Positions 1-9,825 of a DNA stretch of 32,000 nucleotides are shown one piece after another (the first letter of the stretch is position 1; each line of letters begins with the position of its first letter). Source of the DNA: Archaeoglobus fulgidus DSM 4304 (GTDB taxonomy: Archaea > Halobacteriota > Archaeoglobi > Archaeoglobales > Archaeoglobaceae); the NCBI RefSeq assembly GCF_000008665.1, contig NC_000917.1, positions 1,560,001 through 1,592,000 on the forward strand, in the 5' to 3' direction. The notes under the pieces were generated by a model that searched no databases, had not been told where the DNA came from, and was given only the letters and a program-made list of their open reading frames with translations. Both the position numbers and the translations under genes were made by a program.

Positions 1-1701
1 CCTTCTGGCCAATCCAGCGAAAGTTCTGAGGCCTTCAACCGCAAGCTCCTCGTACCTTCTCTCTCCAGTAATGGCGCTGAGGGCTAAAAGAAGCTGTGGA
101 GCTGAGCCGTTCACTGACTGAGTTGGGCTGTCGTGGAAGTTTTTAAGCCTGATTCCAAGCACAGCCCTCTCAGAGTCGAAGAAGCCCCCATCTTCGCCAT
201 CCCAGAATTTTTCGACCGCTGAATCAACAATTTCAAAACACTTTTCGAGGTATTCGTGCCTCTGCGTAACCTCAAAGAGGGCCAGAAGCCCTCTGGCAAA
301 GAAGATGTAGTCCTCCGAGAGCCCTTCTACGTTATGAGTGTGGAGAAGCTCCCTACCATCCCAAAACTCCTTTAGCAGCCTGTTGGCCGTTTTCTCTGCC
401 ATTTCAAGGCTCCAATTATCCCCAAAAACCTTGTGGTGCATACACAATGCCTCAATCATCAATCCATTCCATCCAGCGTAGATGGTGGTGTCGATGTAGG
501 GCATCTCCCTCTGCTCCCTGAACTCCAGCATCTTCCTCCTTGCGGAATTAACAGCCCTCTCCACCTCTTCAACAGAAACTCCGAGGATTTTTGATATCTC
601 CTCCTCGGTAAGGAAGATTCGGGGAAGCTTTCTCTCTCCCTGAATGTCGTAGTAAAGGGTAGCTATCCTGAACTCCCTCTCATCGAGAATTTCCTTCAAT
701 TCTCTGTCGCTGAAGAGGTAGTAACCCCCCTCGTCGAGCTCTCCTATGTCCGCATCCTGTGAGGCGTAAAAGCCCCCCTCATTGCTGCAGCCAAATTTTC
801 TGTAATATTCAACAATCCCATCGGCAATTTTCTGGTAAAGCCTCTTTCCTGTTAAGGCGTAGGCGATGGAGTAGAGATAAAGCAGCTCGGCGTTGTCGTA
901 GAGCATCTTTTCGTAGTGCGGTGTGACCCACTTCGCATCGGTGGAGTATCTGAAGAAGCCACCAAGCAAGTGGTCGTAGATTCCGCCCCTCGCCATTGCA
1001 TCGAGCGTTATCTCTGCAGCCTTCAGCACCTCTTCATCTCCAGTGAAAAAGTGGTGAGTAAGGAGAAGCTCAACGGCCTTGGCGTGATGAAACTTTGGGG
1101 CTGAGCCGAATCCACCATTAACGTAATCCGTTTGATCCAGAACTGCCTCAATTCCCTTATCAAGCAGTTTTTCATCAACATCCCCTTTAAAGCTGCCCTC
1201 AGCATACCTCCTTACAGCTTCTGTAAGCTCCTCGGCAGATTTCAGCAGCCTCTCTCTGTCGTGCCTCCACATCTCCGCAATTTTTCTCAGCACAGTTTTG
1301 AATCCGGGAAGATGATAGCGGTCTTCGGGAGGAAAGTATGTCCCCCCGAAAAAGGGCTTGCCATCAGGGGTAAGGAAAACTGTTAGCGGCCACCCACCGC
1401 TTCCTGTGGTGGCCATTACAAACTCCTGATACCTCTTGTCGATGTCGGGCCTTTCATCCCTGTCCACCTTTATGGCCACAAAGTTCCTGTTAATCATTTC
1501 AGCAATCTCTTCATTCTCAAAACTCTCTTTCGCCATCACGTGGCACCAGTGGCACCAGACACCACCTATGGAGAGCAAAATAGGCTTATCTTCTTTCTTT
1601 GCCTTTGCAAAAGCCTCTTCTCCCCACTCAAACCACTCAACCGGCTGATTTGCGGCTTTGCGTAGATAGGGGCTACGGGAGTTGATTAGACGATTGACCA
1701 T
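1..1701 (-). CDS. Thioredoxin-domain protein of the YyaL/DUF255 (SPATA20-like) family; the 3' end runs off the window
   Basis: Absent from the ORF track because there is no stop in the window. My own minus-strand translation from the ATG at 1701..1699 reads [88 protein letters not shown]... The same frame was checked again only at bases 1-120, where it reads ...[40 protein letters not shown]. Continuity through the middle is assumed. The CHWCH thioredoxin-like motif and the N-terminus are typical of this family. Confidence 0.85.
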   Translation of the reverse strand, partial: MVNRLINSRSPYLRKAANQPVEWFEWGEEAFAKAKKEDKPILLSIGGVWCHWCHVMAKESFENEEIAEMINRNFVAIKVDRDERPDIDKRYQEFVMATTGSGGWPLTVFLTPDGKPFFGGTYFPPEDRYHLPGFKTVLRKIAEMWRHDRERLLKSAEELTEAVRRYAEGSFKGDVDEKLLDKGIEAVLDQTDYVNGGFGSAPKFHHAKAVELLLTHHFFTGDEEVLKAAEITLDAMARGGIYDHLLGGFFRYSTDAKWVTPHYEKMLYDNAELLYLYSIAYALTGKRLYQKIADGIVEYYRKFGCSNEGGFYASQDADIGELDEGGYYLFSDRELKEILDEREFRIATLYYDIQGERKLPRIFLTEEEISKILGVSVEEVERAVNSARRKMLEFREQREMPYIDTTIYAGWNGLMIEALCMHHKVFGDNWSLEMAEKTANRLLKEFWDGRELLHTHNVEGLSEDYIFFARGLLALFEVTQRHEYLEKCFEIVDSAVEKFWDGEDGGFFDSERAVLGIRLKNFHDSPTQSVNGSAPQLLLALSAITGERRYEELAVEGLRTFAGLARR

Positions 1702-1770
1702 CAAAAAACATTGTTACGCAACTTTATAAAGATGGTGAAGTTTTAATATGGCCTGAAAAAACGCTTTTTG

Positions 1771-2985
1771 ATGAAAATTGCTGTGGTTGGAGCGGGGCTT
1801 ACAGGGCTCAAGACGGCGAAGGAGCTTGCAGAGCATGCCAAAGTTGTGGTCTTTGAGCCTGATGACGTGGGAGGGCTTGTGGCAACCTTCAGGGAATTCA
1901 GCATCGAGAAGTTCTACCACCACTGCTTCAGGGATGACGCCTTCCTGCTTGAGGAGATAAAGAGGTGCGGGCTGAAGTCGAAGCTTGTGTGGAAGATAGC
2001 AAAGACTGGATTTGCTGCCAACGGTAAAATTTACCCCCTCAACACTCCTTTTGAAATTCTTCGCTATCCTCTCCTTACCTTTGGTGAAAAAATCAGGCTT
2101 GCGAGGTTCACTCTGAAGAGCAGGAAGCTGAACTATGAGGATTTTGATGATGTTGGTGTAAGTGAGGGGATAAGGGAAGAGCTTGGAGAAGGGCTGCTTG
2201 AGCGCTTTTTCATGCCCCTCCTGAGGTCGAAGTTTGGGGAGAATGCTGAGAAGGTGAGCTACGCATGGCTGCTTGGGAGGGTTGCGATAAGGAGCAACAG
2301 GAAGTACTCTGGAGAGGAGATAGGCTACATAAGGCACGGGTTCCAGCAGCTTGTGGATAAGATGGCCGAGGGGCTGGAGATAAGGAGAGAAAGGGCGAGA
2401 ATCAGGAAAAATGCCAGATGGGACGTGAATGGTGAGGATTTTGATGCTGTTGTGTACACAGCCCCCCTCTCAGAGCTTGGCGAGCTGGCAGAGAAGCTCG
2501 GAATTCCGGAAGTCAGATACCAGAGCTCCGTCTGCGCCCTGATTGGGGCTGAGGAGACACTGACTGAGAACATCTACTGGACGAACATCGCTGATAAGAT
2601 GAGCTTCGGGGCGGTTATTGAGCACACGAACTTCATGCCCTTCGAGGACTACGGCATCCACCTCATGTATCTGGCAGCCTACTCCACTCCAGACGGCTGG
2701 CTTTTCAATCTGAGCGATAAGGAGATAGAGAAGCTCTTCCTCTCCGACCTCAGAAAGCTCGGATTTAAGACAGAGAGTGTGAGGTTTGTTAGGGTCTTCA
2801 AAGCAAAGTACAGCGGGCCGATTTACGAGAAGGGATACAGGAGAAAGATAACTCCCTATAGAGTTGCGGAGGGCTTTTACGTTGCGGGAATGACCTCAAG
2901 GCCGAACTATCCGGAGAGGAGCATGAATGGAAGCATTAGGGCGGGCAAAGAGGTTGCAGAGCAGGTTAAGGAAGATCTTCTGTAA
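1771..2985 (+). CDS. NAD(P)/FAD-dependent oxidoreductase (amine-oxidase / phytoene-desaturase-like family)
   Basis: ORF track 1768..2985. Position 1768 is TTG and the first ATG is at 1771. The N-terminus carries a Rossmann dinucleotide motif, MKIAVVGAGLTGL. The C-terminal FYVAGMTSRPNYPERSMNGSIRAG tail is typical of this flavoenzyme family. The substrate is unknown. Confidence 0.75.
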   Translation: MKIAVVGAGLTGLKTAKELAEHAKVVVFEPDDVGGLVATFREFSIEKFYHHCFRDDAFLLEEIKRCGLKSKLVWKIAKTGFAANGKIYPLNTPFEILRYPLLTFGEKIRLARFTLKSRKLNYEDFDDVGVSEGIREELGEGLLERFFMPLLRSKFGENAEKVSYAWLLGRVAIRSNRKYSGEEIGYIRHGFQQLVDKMAEGLEIRRERARIRKNARWDVNGEDFDAVVYTAPLSELGELAEKLGIPEVRYQSSVCALIGAEETLTENIYWTNIADKMSFGAVIEHTNFMPFEDYGIHLMYLAAYSTPDGWLFNLSDKEIEKLFLSDLRKLGFKTESVRFVRVFKAKYSGPIYEKGYRRKITPYRVAEGFYVAGMTSRPNYPERSMNGSIRAGKEVAEQVKEDLL

Positions 2986-4072
2986 TTTTCTCAATAAGCA
3001 TCGCCAGCCTGACCTTGGCATAATCAACAAATTTTTCGCTGAGGGTTATCTTTGAGCCTTCGAGCCTGCAAACTCCGCTCTCCTCGGCTTTTCTCAGAAA
3101 ATCCCCTGAGTAGCTCAGAATTGGATAGATGTCGGAGTGGCTGAGCGGATACGTCAGGGCCATGAACTCCCTCAGGTAATCTCTGGGGATTTCTGCAAAG
3201 CTGAACTTCATTAATGCTTCAACAGCCTCCCTTGCAATTCTGTACTCCTCTCCGAGGTAGTGTCCGAAGGGCGAGTATTTTTTAACCTTGAAGGCCAAAC
3301 CGAGCTTGCTTAGAGTTTGAGCGAGCTTCACTGCCTTTCCGTTTAATGCGGTATCAACAAGAAATCTGCAGAGAGCTGTTTTTGGGTGCAGAGCTTCGTC
3401 AACAGCAAACCTTTCCTCGCTCAGCTTCCGCATAAAGCTGAGGAGAGATTTGAGGTCGTAGTCTTCCAGATCAGCCGTCTTAAAAACCTTCAGGCCTGCA
3501 GACATGCCAAGGGCGATTATGTAGTTTTCTGGAGTTGAAAGCTTTCTGAGTCTTTTCTCGAACAGCTCGACTCTCCTCAATACTACCTTTTTCGCTGCTG
3601 TGTAGCCGTCATGAGTGAGGCATACGAACATCTGTGGATTGAGCTTTGGCTTTGAATATGAGACAGCATAACCGAACCTTTTCAGGTCTGGCAAAGTTGA
3701 GTTCAGCGGTCTGTAATCAATTTCCTTCTCGTAAACCTCGCCTGTGATGTAAAGATAAGCCAGAGCATCCTCAATGGCCTTTACGTATGCAGAGGGAGCT
3801 TCAAGCTCCTCGTCATTCAGCTCGGGAGCGGGAATGCCAAACTCCTTGCAGAACTCTTCGACGGAGTCAACTATTATCACATCCCTGAAGGGGTGGGAGC
3901 TGAGTCTCTCCGCACAGGATTCGTAGCTTCCATCCAATATGTCAATGCCAATCCTCTTTCGAGGGATGGCTAAGTCAATCCATCCAATTCCTACCTTGTA
4001 GGGCGAGACAGCTCTAACTCCTGAATTTCTGAGATTTCTGGCAATTTCCTCTCGCAGCCTAAGGAACATCAT
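2966..4072 (-). CDS. Hypothetical protein (368 aa); the N-terminal ~60 aa resemble a Vsr/DUF559-type PD-(D/E)xK nuclease core
   Basis: This is a long ORF with coding-like composition and tandem ATG ATG at 4072/4069. An AT-rich TATA-like region lies upstream. The N-terminus EIARNLRNSGVRAVSPYKVGIGWIDLAIPRKRIGIDILDG resembles the DUF559 pattern (vDla...klaiEvDG). I do not recognise the rest. Confidence 0.6.
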   Translation of the reverse strand: MMFLRLREEIARNLRNSGVRAVSPYKVGIGWIDLAIPRKRIGIDILDGSYESCAERLSSHPFRDVIIVDSVEEFCKEFGIPAPELNDEELEAPSAYVKAIEDALAYLYITGEVYEKEIDYRPLNSTLPDLKRFGYAVSYSKPKLNPQMFVCLTHDGYTAAKKVVLRRVELFEKRLRKLSTPENYIIALGMSAGLKVFKTADLEDYDLKSLLSFMRKLSEERFAVDEALHPKTALCRFLVDTALNGKAVKLAQTLSKLGLAFKVKKYSPFGHYLGEEYRIAREAVEALMKFSFAEIPRDYLREFMALTYPLSHSDIYPILSYSGDFLRKAEESGVCRLEGSKITLSEKFVDYAKVRLAMLIEKITEDLP

Positions 4073-4161
4073 TGAAGTTTTGTGGGGATGTTAATTTTGT
4101 TTTTTGTTTCGTTAGCTGAACCGCCATGTAAAAATTTTAAAATCCGACACCAACAGCATGC

Positions 4162-4701
4162 ATGCTCGATTTAATTCTCAAAACAATCTGGCTTCTTCTC
4201 CCCTGCTACACCCCCAACAACTTCGCCGTTCTTGTTGGCGGCGGAACGCCGATAGATTTTGGAAAGACCTTTGTTGATGGAAAAAGGATACTCGGGGACG
4301 GTAAAACATGGAGGGGATTCGTTGGGGGCGTTGCGGGTGGAGTTTTGACGGCCAATCTTCAGTATGCAATTGAGAAGCTTTCGGGATTGGCAATTTACTC
4401 TTCTCTCCCCTTTAACGAGTTTTTCACGCTTACGTTTCTCCTTGCCTTCGGGGCTATGTTTGGAGACCTTTGCGGAAGTTTCATCAAGAGGAGATTCGGT
4501 TACGAAAGGGGCTCGAGATTTTTAATCGTTGACCAGCTTATGTTTCTTCTCGTTGCCCTGCTTATCGCCTCGCTTTATCCACCCTTCTGGAAGCTGTTTA
4601 CGGCTGAAATCATCGCTCTGGCTGTCATCATCACACCCGCCCTTCATATGGGGATAAACTATATTGCCTACAGGCTGAATCTAAAGGAGGTGCCGTGGTG
4701 A
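4162..4701 (+). CDS. carS: CDP-archaeol synthase (CDP-2,3-bis-O-geranylgeranyl-sn-glycerol synthase, DUF46 family)
   Basis: The 179-aa polytopic membrane protein starts MLDLILKTIWLLLPCYTPNNFAVLVGGGTPIDFGK..DGKTWRGFVGG, which is characteristic of archaeal CarS. The TATA-like sequence aaaattttaaaa lies about 30 nt upstream. Confidence 0.85.
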   Translation: MLDLILKTIWLLLPCYTPNNFAVLVGGGTPIDFGKTFVDGKRILGDGKTWRGFVGGVAGGVLTANLQYAIEKLSGLAIYSSLPFNEFFTLTFLLAFGAMFGDLCGSFIKRRFGYERGSRFLIVDQLMFLLVALLIASLYPPFWKLFTAEIIALAVIITPALHMGINYIAYRLNLKEVPW

Positions 4702-5231
4702 TGTTGGCTGATGCTTTAGTCAAGAGAATGATAGAGGTCGGAGCGCTGAAGTTCGGTGACTTTGTGCTGTCTTCAGGCAAGAGGAGCAGAGTTTACGTCG
4801 ATGTGAAGCTCGCCTCCACCTTCCCCGACATCCTTGAGATGATTTCTGAAGGCATGGCGGCAAAGCTGAAAGACTTGGAATTTGACAGAATTGCCTGCGT
4901 TGAGCTTGGTGGTGTGCCCATAGCGGTCGCGCTTTCGCTGAAAATGAAAAAACCACTCGTTATTTTCAGGAAGGAGAAAAAGGACTACGGCATCAAGGGC
5001 GACAGAATTGGGGAAGTGAAAGAAGGGGAGAAAGTTGTGGTTGTGGAAGATGTCATAACCACCGGCAGCTCTGCCCTCTCGGCAGCGAGGAGAGTTGAGG
5101 AGAGCGGTGCGAGCGTAGCGGCCATTATCGCGGTTGTTGATAGGGAGGAGTCAGGAAGGAATTTCATGAGCCTTCTTAAGCTCAGCGACTTAATCGAGGC
5201 GCACGACTCCATCCAGCCCACCGAATCTTAG
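4701..5231 (+). CDS. pyrE: Orotate phosphoribosyltransferase
   Basis: LKFGDFVLSSGKRSRVYVDVK and the PRPP-binding motif VVVVEDVITTGSS identify it. The ORF track starts at GTG 4695. The first ATG, at 4701, overlaps the carS stop as TGATG. Confidence 0.9.
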   Translation: MLADALVKRMIEVGALKFGDFVLSSGKRSRVYVDVKLASTFPDILEMISEGMAAKLKDLEFDRIACVELGGVPIAVALSLKMKKPLVIFRKEKKDYGIKGDRIGEVKEGEKVVVVEDVITTGSSALSAARRVEESGASVAAIIAVVDREESGRNFMSLLKLSDLIEAHDSIQPTES

Positions 5232-6128
5232 CTCCTCAAGCTCCTCTTTTTTGAACTCCTGGTCTGGGTAGAAATCGTAGCTCTCGAAAGACCTCACCAC
5301 CACCTCGGTAGGGAAGCCGATTAACTCTGCCAACACCTTTCCATCCTTCTTTCCCACCTTCGCCCTGTCGAACTCCCTGATAAATTCTTCCAGCAAGTCT
5401 GAATTGCACTCGCTAAAGTTGTTGTTAACGGCAAGGGTGCAGCAGAGGTAATCCCCAATGTGCTCGTTGAAGGCCTCCTTTTTTCCCTCAAGCATTGTGA
5501 AGTACGGCTCCCATATCGCTATCGCCCTCAACTCCCCCAGGGATTTTATCATGCTTTCAGGGCCTCTGAAATACCTTATGGAGCCCTTTAGCCCTTTCAA
5601 CTCGAGATATTTCCTTAAATTTCTTTCCATGGTTGAGAATTCGGAGCAGCCCCAGTAATCGGAGCTTATACCTGAGAAAACGAGTCCCCCTCCGTTTAGA
5701 GCCACCTTTCTTACAATTGTGATGTTTTTCATAAGGATCCCAAAGACCGCTTGAGTTATGAACGGAGAAGCTGCTATGTCGATGAAACCGTAAACGAGGT
5801 CCTTTGTGATTTCGATGCTGCTATCGTAAACCCTTATATGCGCATTGAGCTTCTTTGAGGCCCTCATCACTCTCGGATACTCGCTGGCCCTCAAAATCCC
5901 CACTCTTACCACACCACTTAAAGGTTCGGGAGAGTACTTCGCAAGCCAGACTCTGTAGGACTTTCCGGAAACCTTCTTTCTGACAACTTCCTTCACATCT
6001 TCAAGCATAGAGAGTGTTTCAGAAACTGTTGATTTCGATAAACCGGTAAGGCGAGGTATCTCGCTCTGTAAAACTCCCTCTTCCTTTGCATTTTCCAGAA
6101 CTCTTTTTATCTTTTCAGCAGCGTACAT
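5190..6128 (-). CDS. Putative transcriptional regulator: N-terminal winged-HTH fused to an NMT1/SsuA-like (periplasmic-binding-protein-type) domain
   Basis: The ORF track gives 5190..6455, but the first 109 codons are low-quality sequence that crosses the divergent promoter. I place the start at ATG 6128 (MYAAEKIKRVLENAKEEGVLQSEIPRLTGLSKSTVSETLSMLED..), which looks like a wHTH. The remainder (VRVGILRASEYPRVMRASKKLNAHIRVYDSSIEITKDLVYGFIDIAASPF..) looks like a type-2 SBP fold. Confidence 0.6.
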   Translation of the reverse strand: MYAAEKIKRVLENAKEEGVLQSEIPRLTGLSKSTVSETLSMLEDVKEVVRKKVSGKSYRVWLAKYSPEPLSGVVRVGILRASEYPRVMRASKKLNAHIRVYDSSIEITKDLVYGFIDIAASPFITQAVFGILMKNITIVRKVALNGGGLVFSGISSDYWGCSEFSTMERNLRKYLELKGLKGSIRYFRGPESMIKSLGELRAIAIWEPYFTMLEGKKEAFNEHIGDYLCCTLAVNNNFSECNSDLLEEFIREFDRAKVGKKDGKVLAELIGFPTEVVVRSFESYDFYPDQEFKKEELEELRFGGLDGVVRLD

Positions 6129-6290
6129 TTTGGTATAGTACGCTAGAAAGGTATTTAGTGTTATCCTCAATATTTTCAGTGCTTGATTCCGGCAAGAGTT
6201 TAGATGTTTGGATAAATTGTTTAAATATGGTGCAGGACACTCCGCTAATTTTTTATAAGTTGACGGAGAGAGACTCAGAGGTGTTCTGAA

Positions 6291-6866
6291 ATGGCCAAGG
6301 TTCTTGACATAGATGAAAAGGACAGATTGATACTCGAGCTTCTCGAAAAAGACCCGGAAATGTCTCAAAGCGAAATAGCGAAGGTTGTAGGACTTTCGCA
6401 GCCTTCTGTAGGAAGCAGGATAAAAAAGCTCAAAGAGCTGGGTGTTATAAGCCACGCGTACGGGCTCAACATAAAACGGTCAGGTCTGTACGTTCTTAAG
6501 GTTGATGTGAAATGTAAGAGACCATCTGAAATCCTAAATAAGCTTTCAAACTGCCCGTTTTTCCTCAACGGACTCGTCGTGGCTGGAGAGAAGAATATTA
6601 CGATTTTGCTTGCTGGCGAAGACCTGACAACTCTTGAGGCTATTGTTGATAAGCACATCAGAGCCGAACCTGAGGTTTACGATGTTGAGGCAGGAATAAT
6701 TGTCAGGGCTGAAAGAGACGCTGTTATGCCGATTAAGATGTACATTGAAAGGCAGAAAGAGGTGCCATGCGGCGATGAAAGCTGCACGAATTGCAATTAC
6801 TGGAAAATTGACCTCTGCCTCGGCTGTCCCGTAACCGGGCACTACAAGGGAACCCTTTGGAAGTAA
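6291..6866 (+). CDS. Lrp/AsnC-family transcriptional regulator with a C-terminal cysteine-rich extension
   Basis: The N-terminus is an HTH_AsnC-type domain, LDEKDRLILELLEKDPEMSQSEIAKVVGLSQPSVGSRIKKLKELGVI, followed by a RAM-like domain. The tail is PCGDESCTNCNYWKIDLCLGCPVTGH, with five Cys spaced C-x4-C-x2-C-x7-C-x2-C. Confidence 0.8.
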   Translation: MAKVLDIDEKDRLILELLEKDPEMSQSEIAKVVGLSQPSVGSRIKKLKELGVISHAYGLNIKRSGLYVLKVDVKCKRPSEILNKLSNCPFFLNGLVVAGEKNITILLAGEDLTTLEAIVDKHIRAEPEVYDVEAGIIVRAERDAVMPIKMYIERQKEVPCGDESCTNCNYWKIDLCLGCPVTGHYKGTLWK

Positions 6867-6867
6867 A

Positions 6868-7431
6868 ATGCTCAGCCGAATAAAACCTCTCACGACGGAA
6901 CTCGTCTCTCCGGTGGCATTAAGACTGTCCAAACTCGGAGTAAAGCCCAACCACCTCACACTCGCCGGTCTGGTTTTTGCTCTCATCTCCTCTTACCTGA
7001 TAATTGAGGGCAGGATATTGCATGCAAGCATCTTCGTCCTGCTCAGCAGCCTTTGCGATTTGCTTGACGGGGCGCTGGCGAGAAAGGCAGAGTTAACCAC
7101 AAAGTTTGGGGGCTACCTTGATTCAGTGACTGACAGATACGTTGACGTCATCCTCTTCATCTCCCTCGGAATCTACGGCGTTGACTGGGTTGCCATCGCA
7201 ATGGCGATGAGCGGAGCTTTGCTTGTGAGCTACACGAGGGCGAGGGCCGAAACAATTATCGAGAAGTGCGATGTTGGTATAGCAGAGAGGAGCGAGAGGC
7301 TTTTGATTCTGCTTCTGGGGATGCTTACAGGATACATTTACGAGGCTGTTTTGATTATAGCTGTTTTAAGCCACATCACTGCCCTGCACAGGGTTGTTTA
7401 TACTTACTCAAGAACAAAGGAGGGGGATTAG
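6868..7431 (+). CDS. CDP-alcohol phosphatidyltransferase family protein (archaetidylinositol-phosphate / archaetidylglycerol-phosphate synthase-like)
   Basis: It carries the family signature D-x2-D-G-x2-A-R-x8-G-x3-D-x3-D as CDLLDGALARKAELTTKFGGYLDSVTDRYVD. It is a 187-aa polytopic membrane protein. It starts 1 nt after the Lrp stop (TAAAATG). The head-group specificity cannot be told from sequence. Confidence 0.8.
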   Translation: MLSRIKPLTTELVSPVALRLSKLGVKPNHLTLAGLVFALISSYLIIEGRILHASIFVLLSSLCDLLDGALARKAELTTKFGGYLDSVTDRYVDVILFISLGIYGVDWVAIAMAMSGALLVSYTRARAETIIEKCDVGIAERSERLLILLLGMLTGYIYEAVLIIAVLSHITALHRVVYTYSRTKEGD

Positions 7432-7955
7432 GCTTTCGTTATTCTGAGCTTCATCAAATCCTCCCTTATCTCGCATTCAAACCCCATCTTTTCCAGAAGA
7501 ACCTCCATAAGCATTTTAACGAACTTCTTCGTCTTTTCGTGATTGAGCAGAAGAACAAATTCGTTTTTCTTAACCTGCAGCCTGAAAAAATTGCATGCTT
7601 CGAGTCTGCGGAGCACGTACTCCAAATCTTTACCACTGAACTCCTCTGCGTGAGCCTTAGCAATTTCTCTGTGAAGCTTCCAGAAATCCTCTCCGCTGGG
7701 GTGAGACTCTATGAATTCAAGAAGAGAAATCCAGTGGTCTATGTCCAGAACAACGTGCTCACCTTCACCGAGCATTTCAATATAGGTGGAAACTTTTTCT
7801 CTGTCGAACTTTTCAAGAAATTTGTAATCCCTGTAGAATTTAATAACTCGCCTGATAATCTCACTTTGGGATAAACCTAACTCCTTTTTCAGCTCCTCAA
7901 ATATTTTAACGCTCTCGTCATCCAAAGCAATGGTTACTCTAACGGGATTTCGCAT
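7428..7955 (-). CDS. Ribbon-helix-helix (CopG-like) domain protein, putative transcriptional regulator
   Basis: The ORF track gives 7428..8003. I place the start at ATG 7955 (MRNPVRVTIALDDESVKIFEELKKELGLSQSEIIRRVIKFY), which has an RHH pattern. I do not recognise the C-terminal ~130 aa. The gene is divergent from amt. Confidence 0.65.
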   Translation of the reverse strand: MRNPVRVTIALDDESVKIFEELKKELGLSQSEIIRRVIKFYRDYKFLEKFDREKVSTYIEMLGEGEHVVLDIDHWISLLEFIESHPSGEDFWKLHREIAKAHAEEFSGKDLEYVLRRLEACNFFRLQVKKNEFVLLLNHEKTKKFVKMLMEVLLEKMGFECEIREDLMKLRITKA

Positions 7956-7984
7956 AGCCGTTAACACACAAGGCTGTTTAAAAA

Positions 7985-8013
7985 TTTTGTGAATAACTCT
8001 CAATTTTTGTGAA
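7985..8013. promoter_or_regulatory. Direct repeat TTTTGTGAA-N11-TTTTGTGAA (TTGTGAA cores at 7987 and 8007, 20 bp apart) in the divergent RHH/amt intergenic region
   Basis: Read directly from the sequence: aaaaTTTTGTGAAtaactctcaatTTTTGTGAAgaaat. A matching pair with the same 20-bp register lies upstream of the second amt gene, at 10571 and 10591. Confidence 0.4.
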
Positions 8014-8077
8014 GAAATCTTAGAAATGTCAAAAAAATATTAAAAGATTTTTAAAAACAACACTAAAACTTGAGTTC

Positions 8078-9819
<1,742 letters not shown>

Positions 9820-9825
9820 TTTTTG

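Noticed and set aside
1714-2337. A 207-aa minus-strand ORF
   Set aside because: It is antisense to the FAD oxidoreductase gene, which has a clear Rossmann motif. The ORF has no motifs, and it would cross the divergent promoter. It is a shadow ORF.
6129-6455. A 109-codon 5' extension of the ORF-track entry 5190..6455
   Set aside because: The extension runs through the AT-rich divergent promoter and into the Lrp/AsnC gene. Its sequence (MAYNTQLFELFYPASYRRLRK...) is not protein-like. The wHTH domain begins cleanly at ATG 6128.
7266-7874. A 202-aa plus-strand ORF
   Set aside because: It overlaps the end of the CDP-alcohol transferase in another frame and is antisense to the RHH gene. It has no recognisable features.
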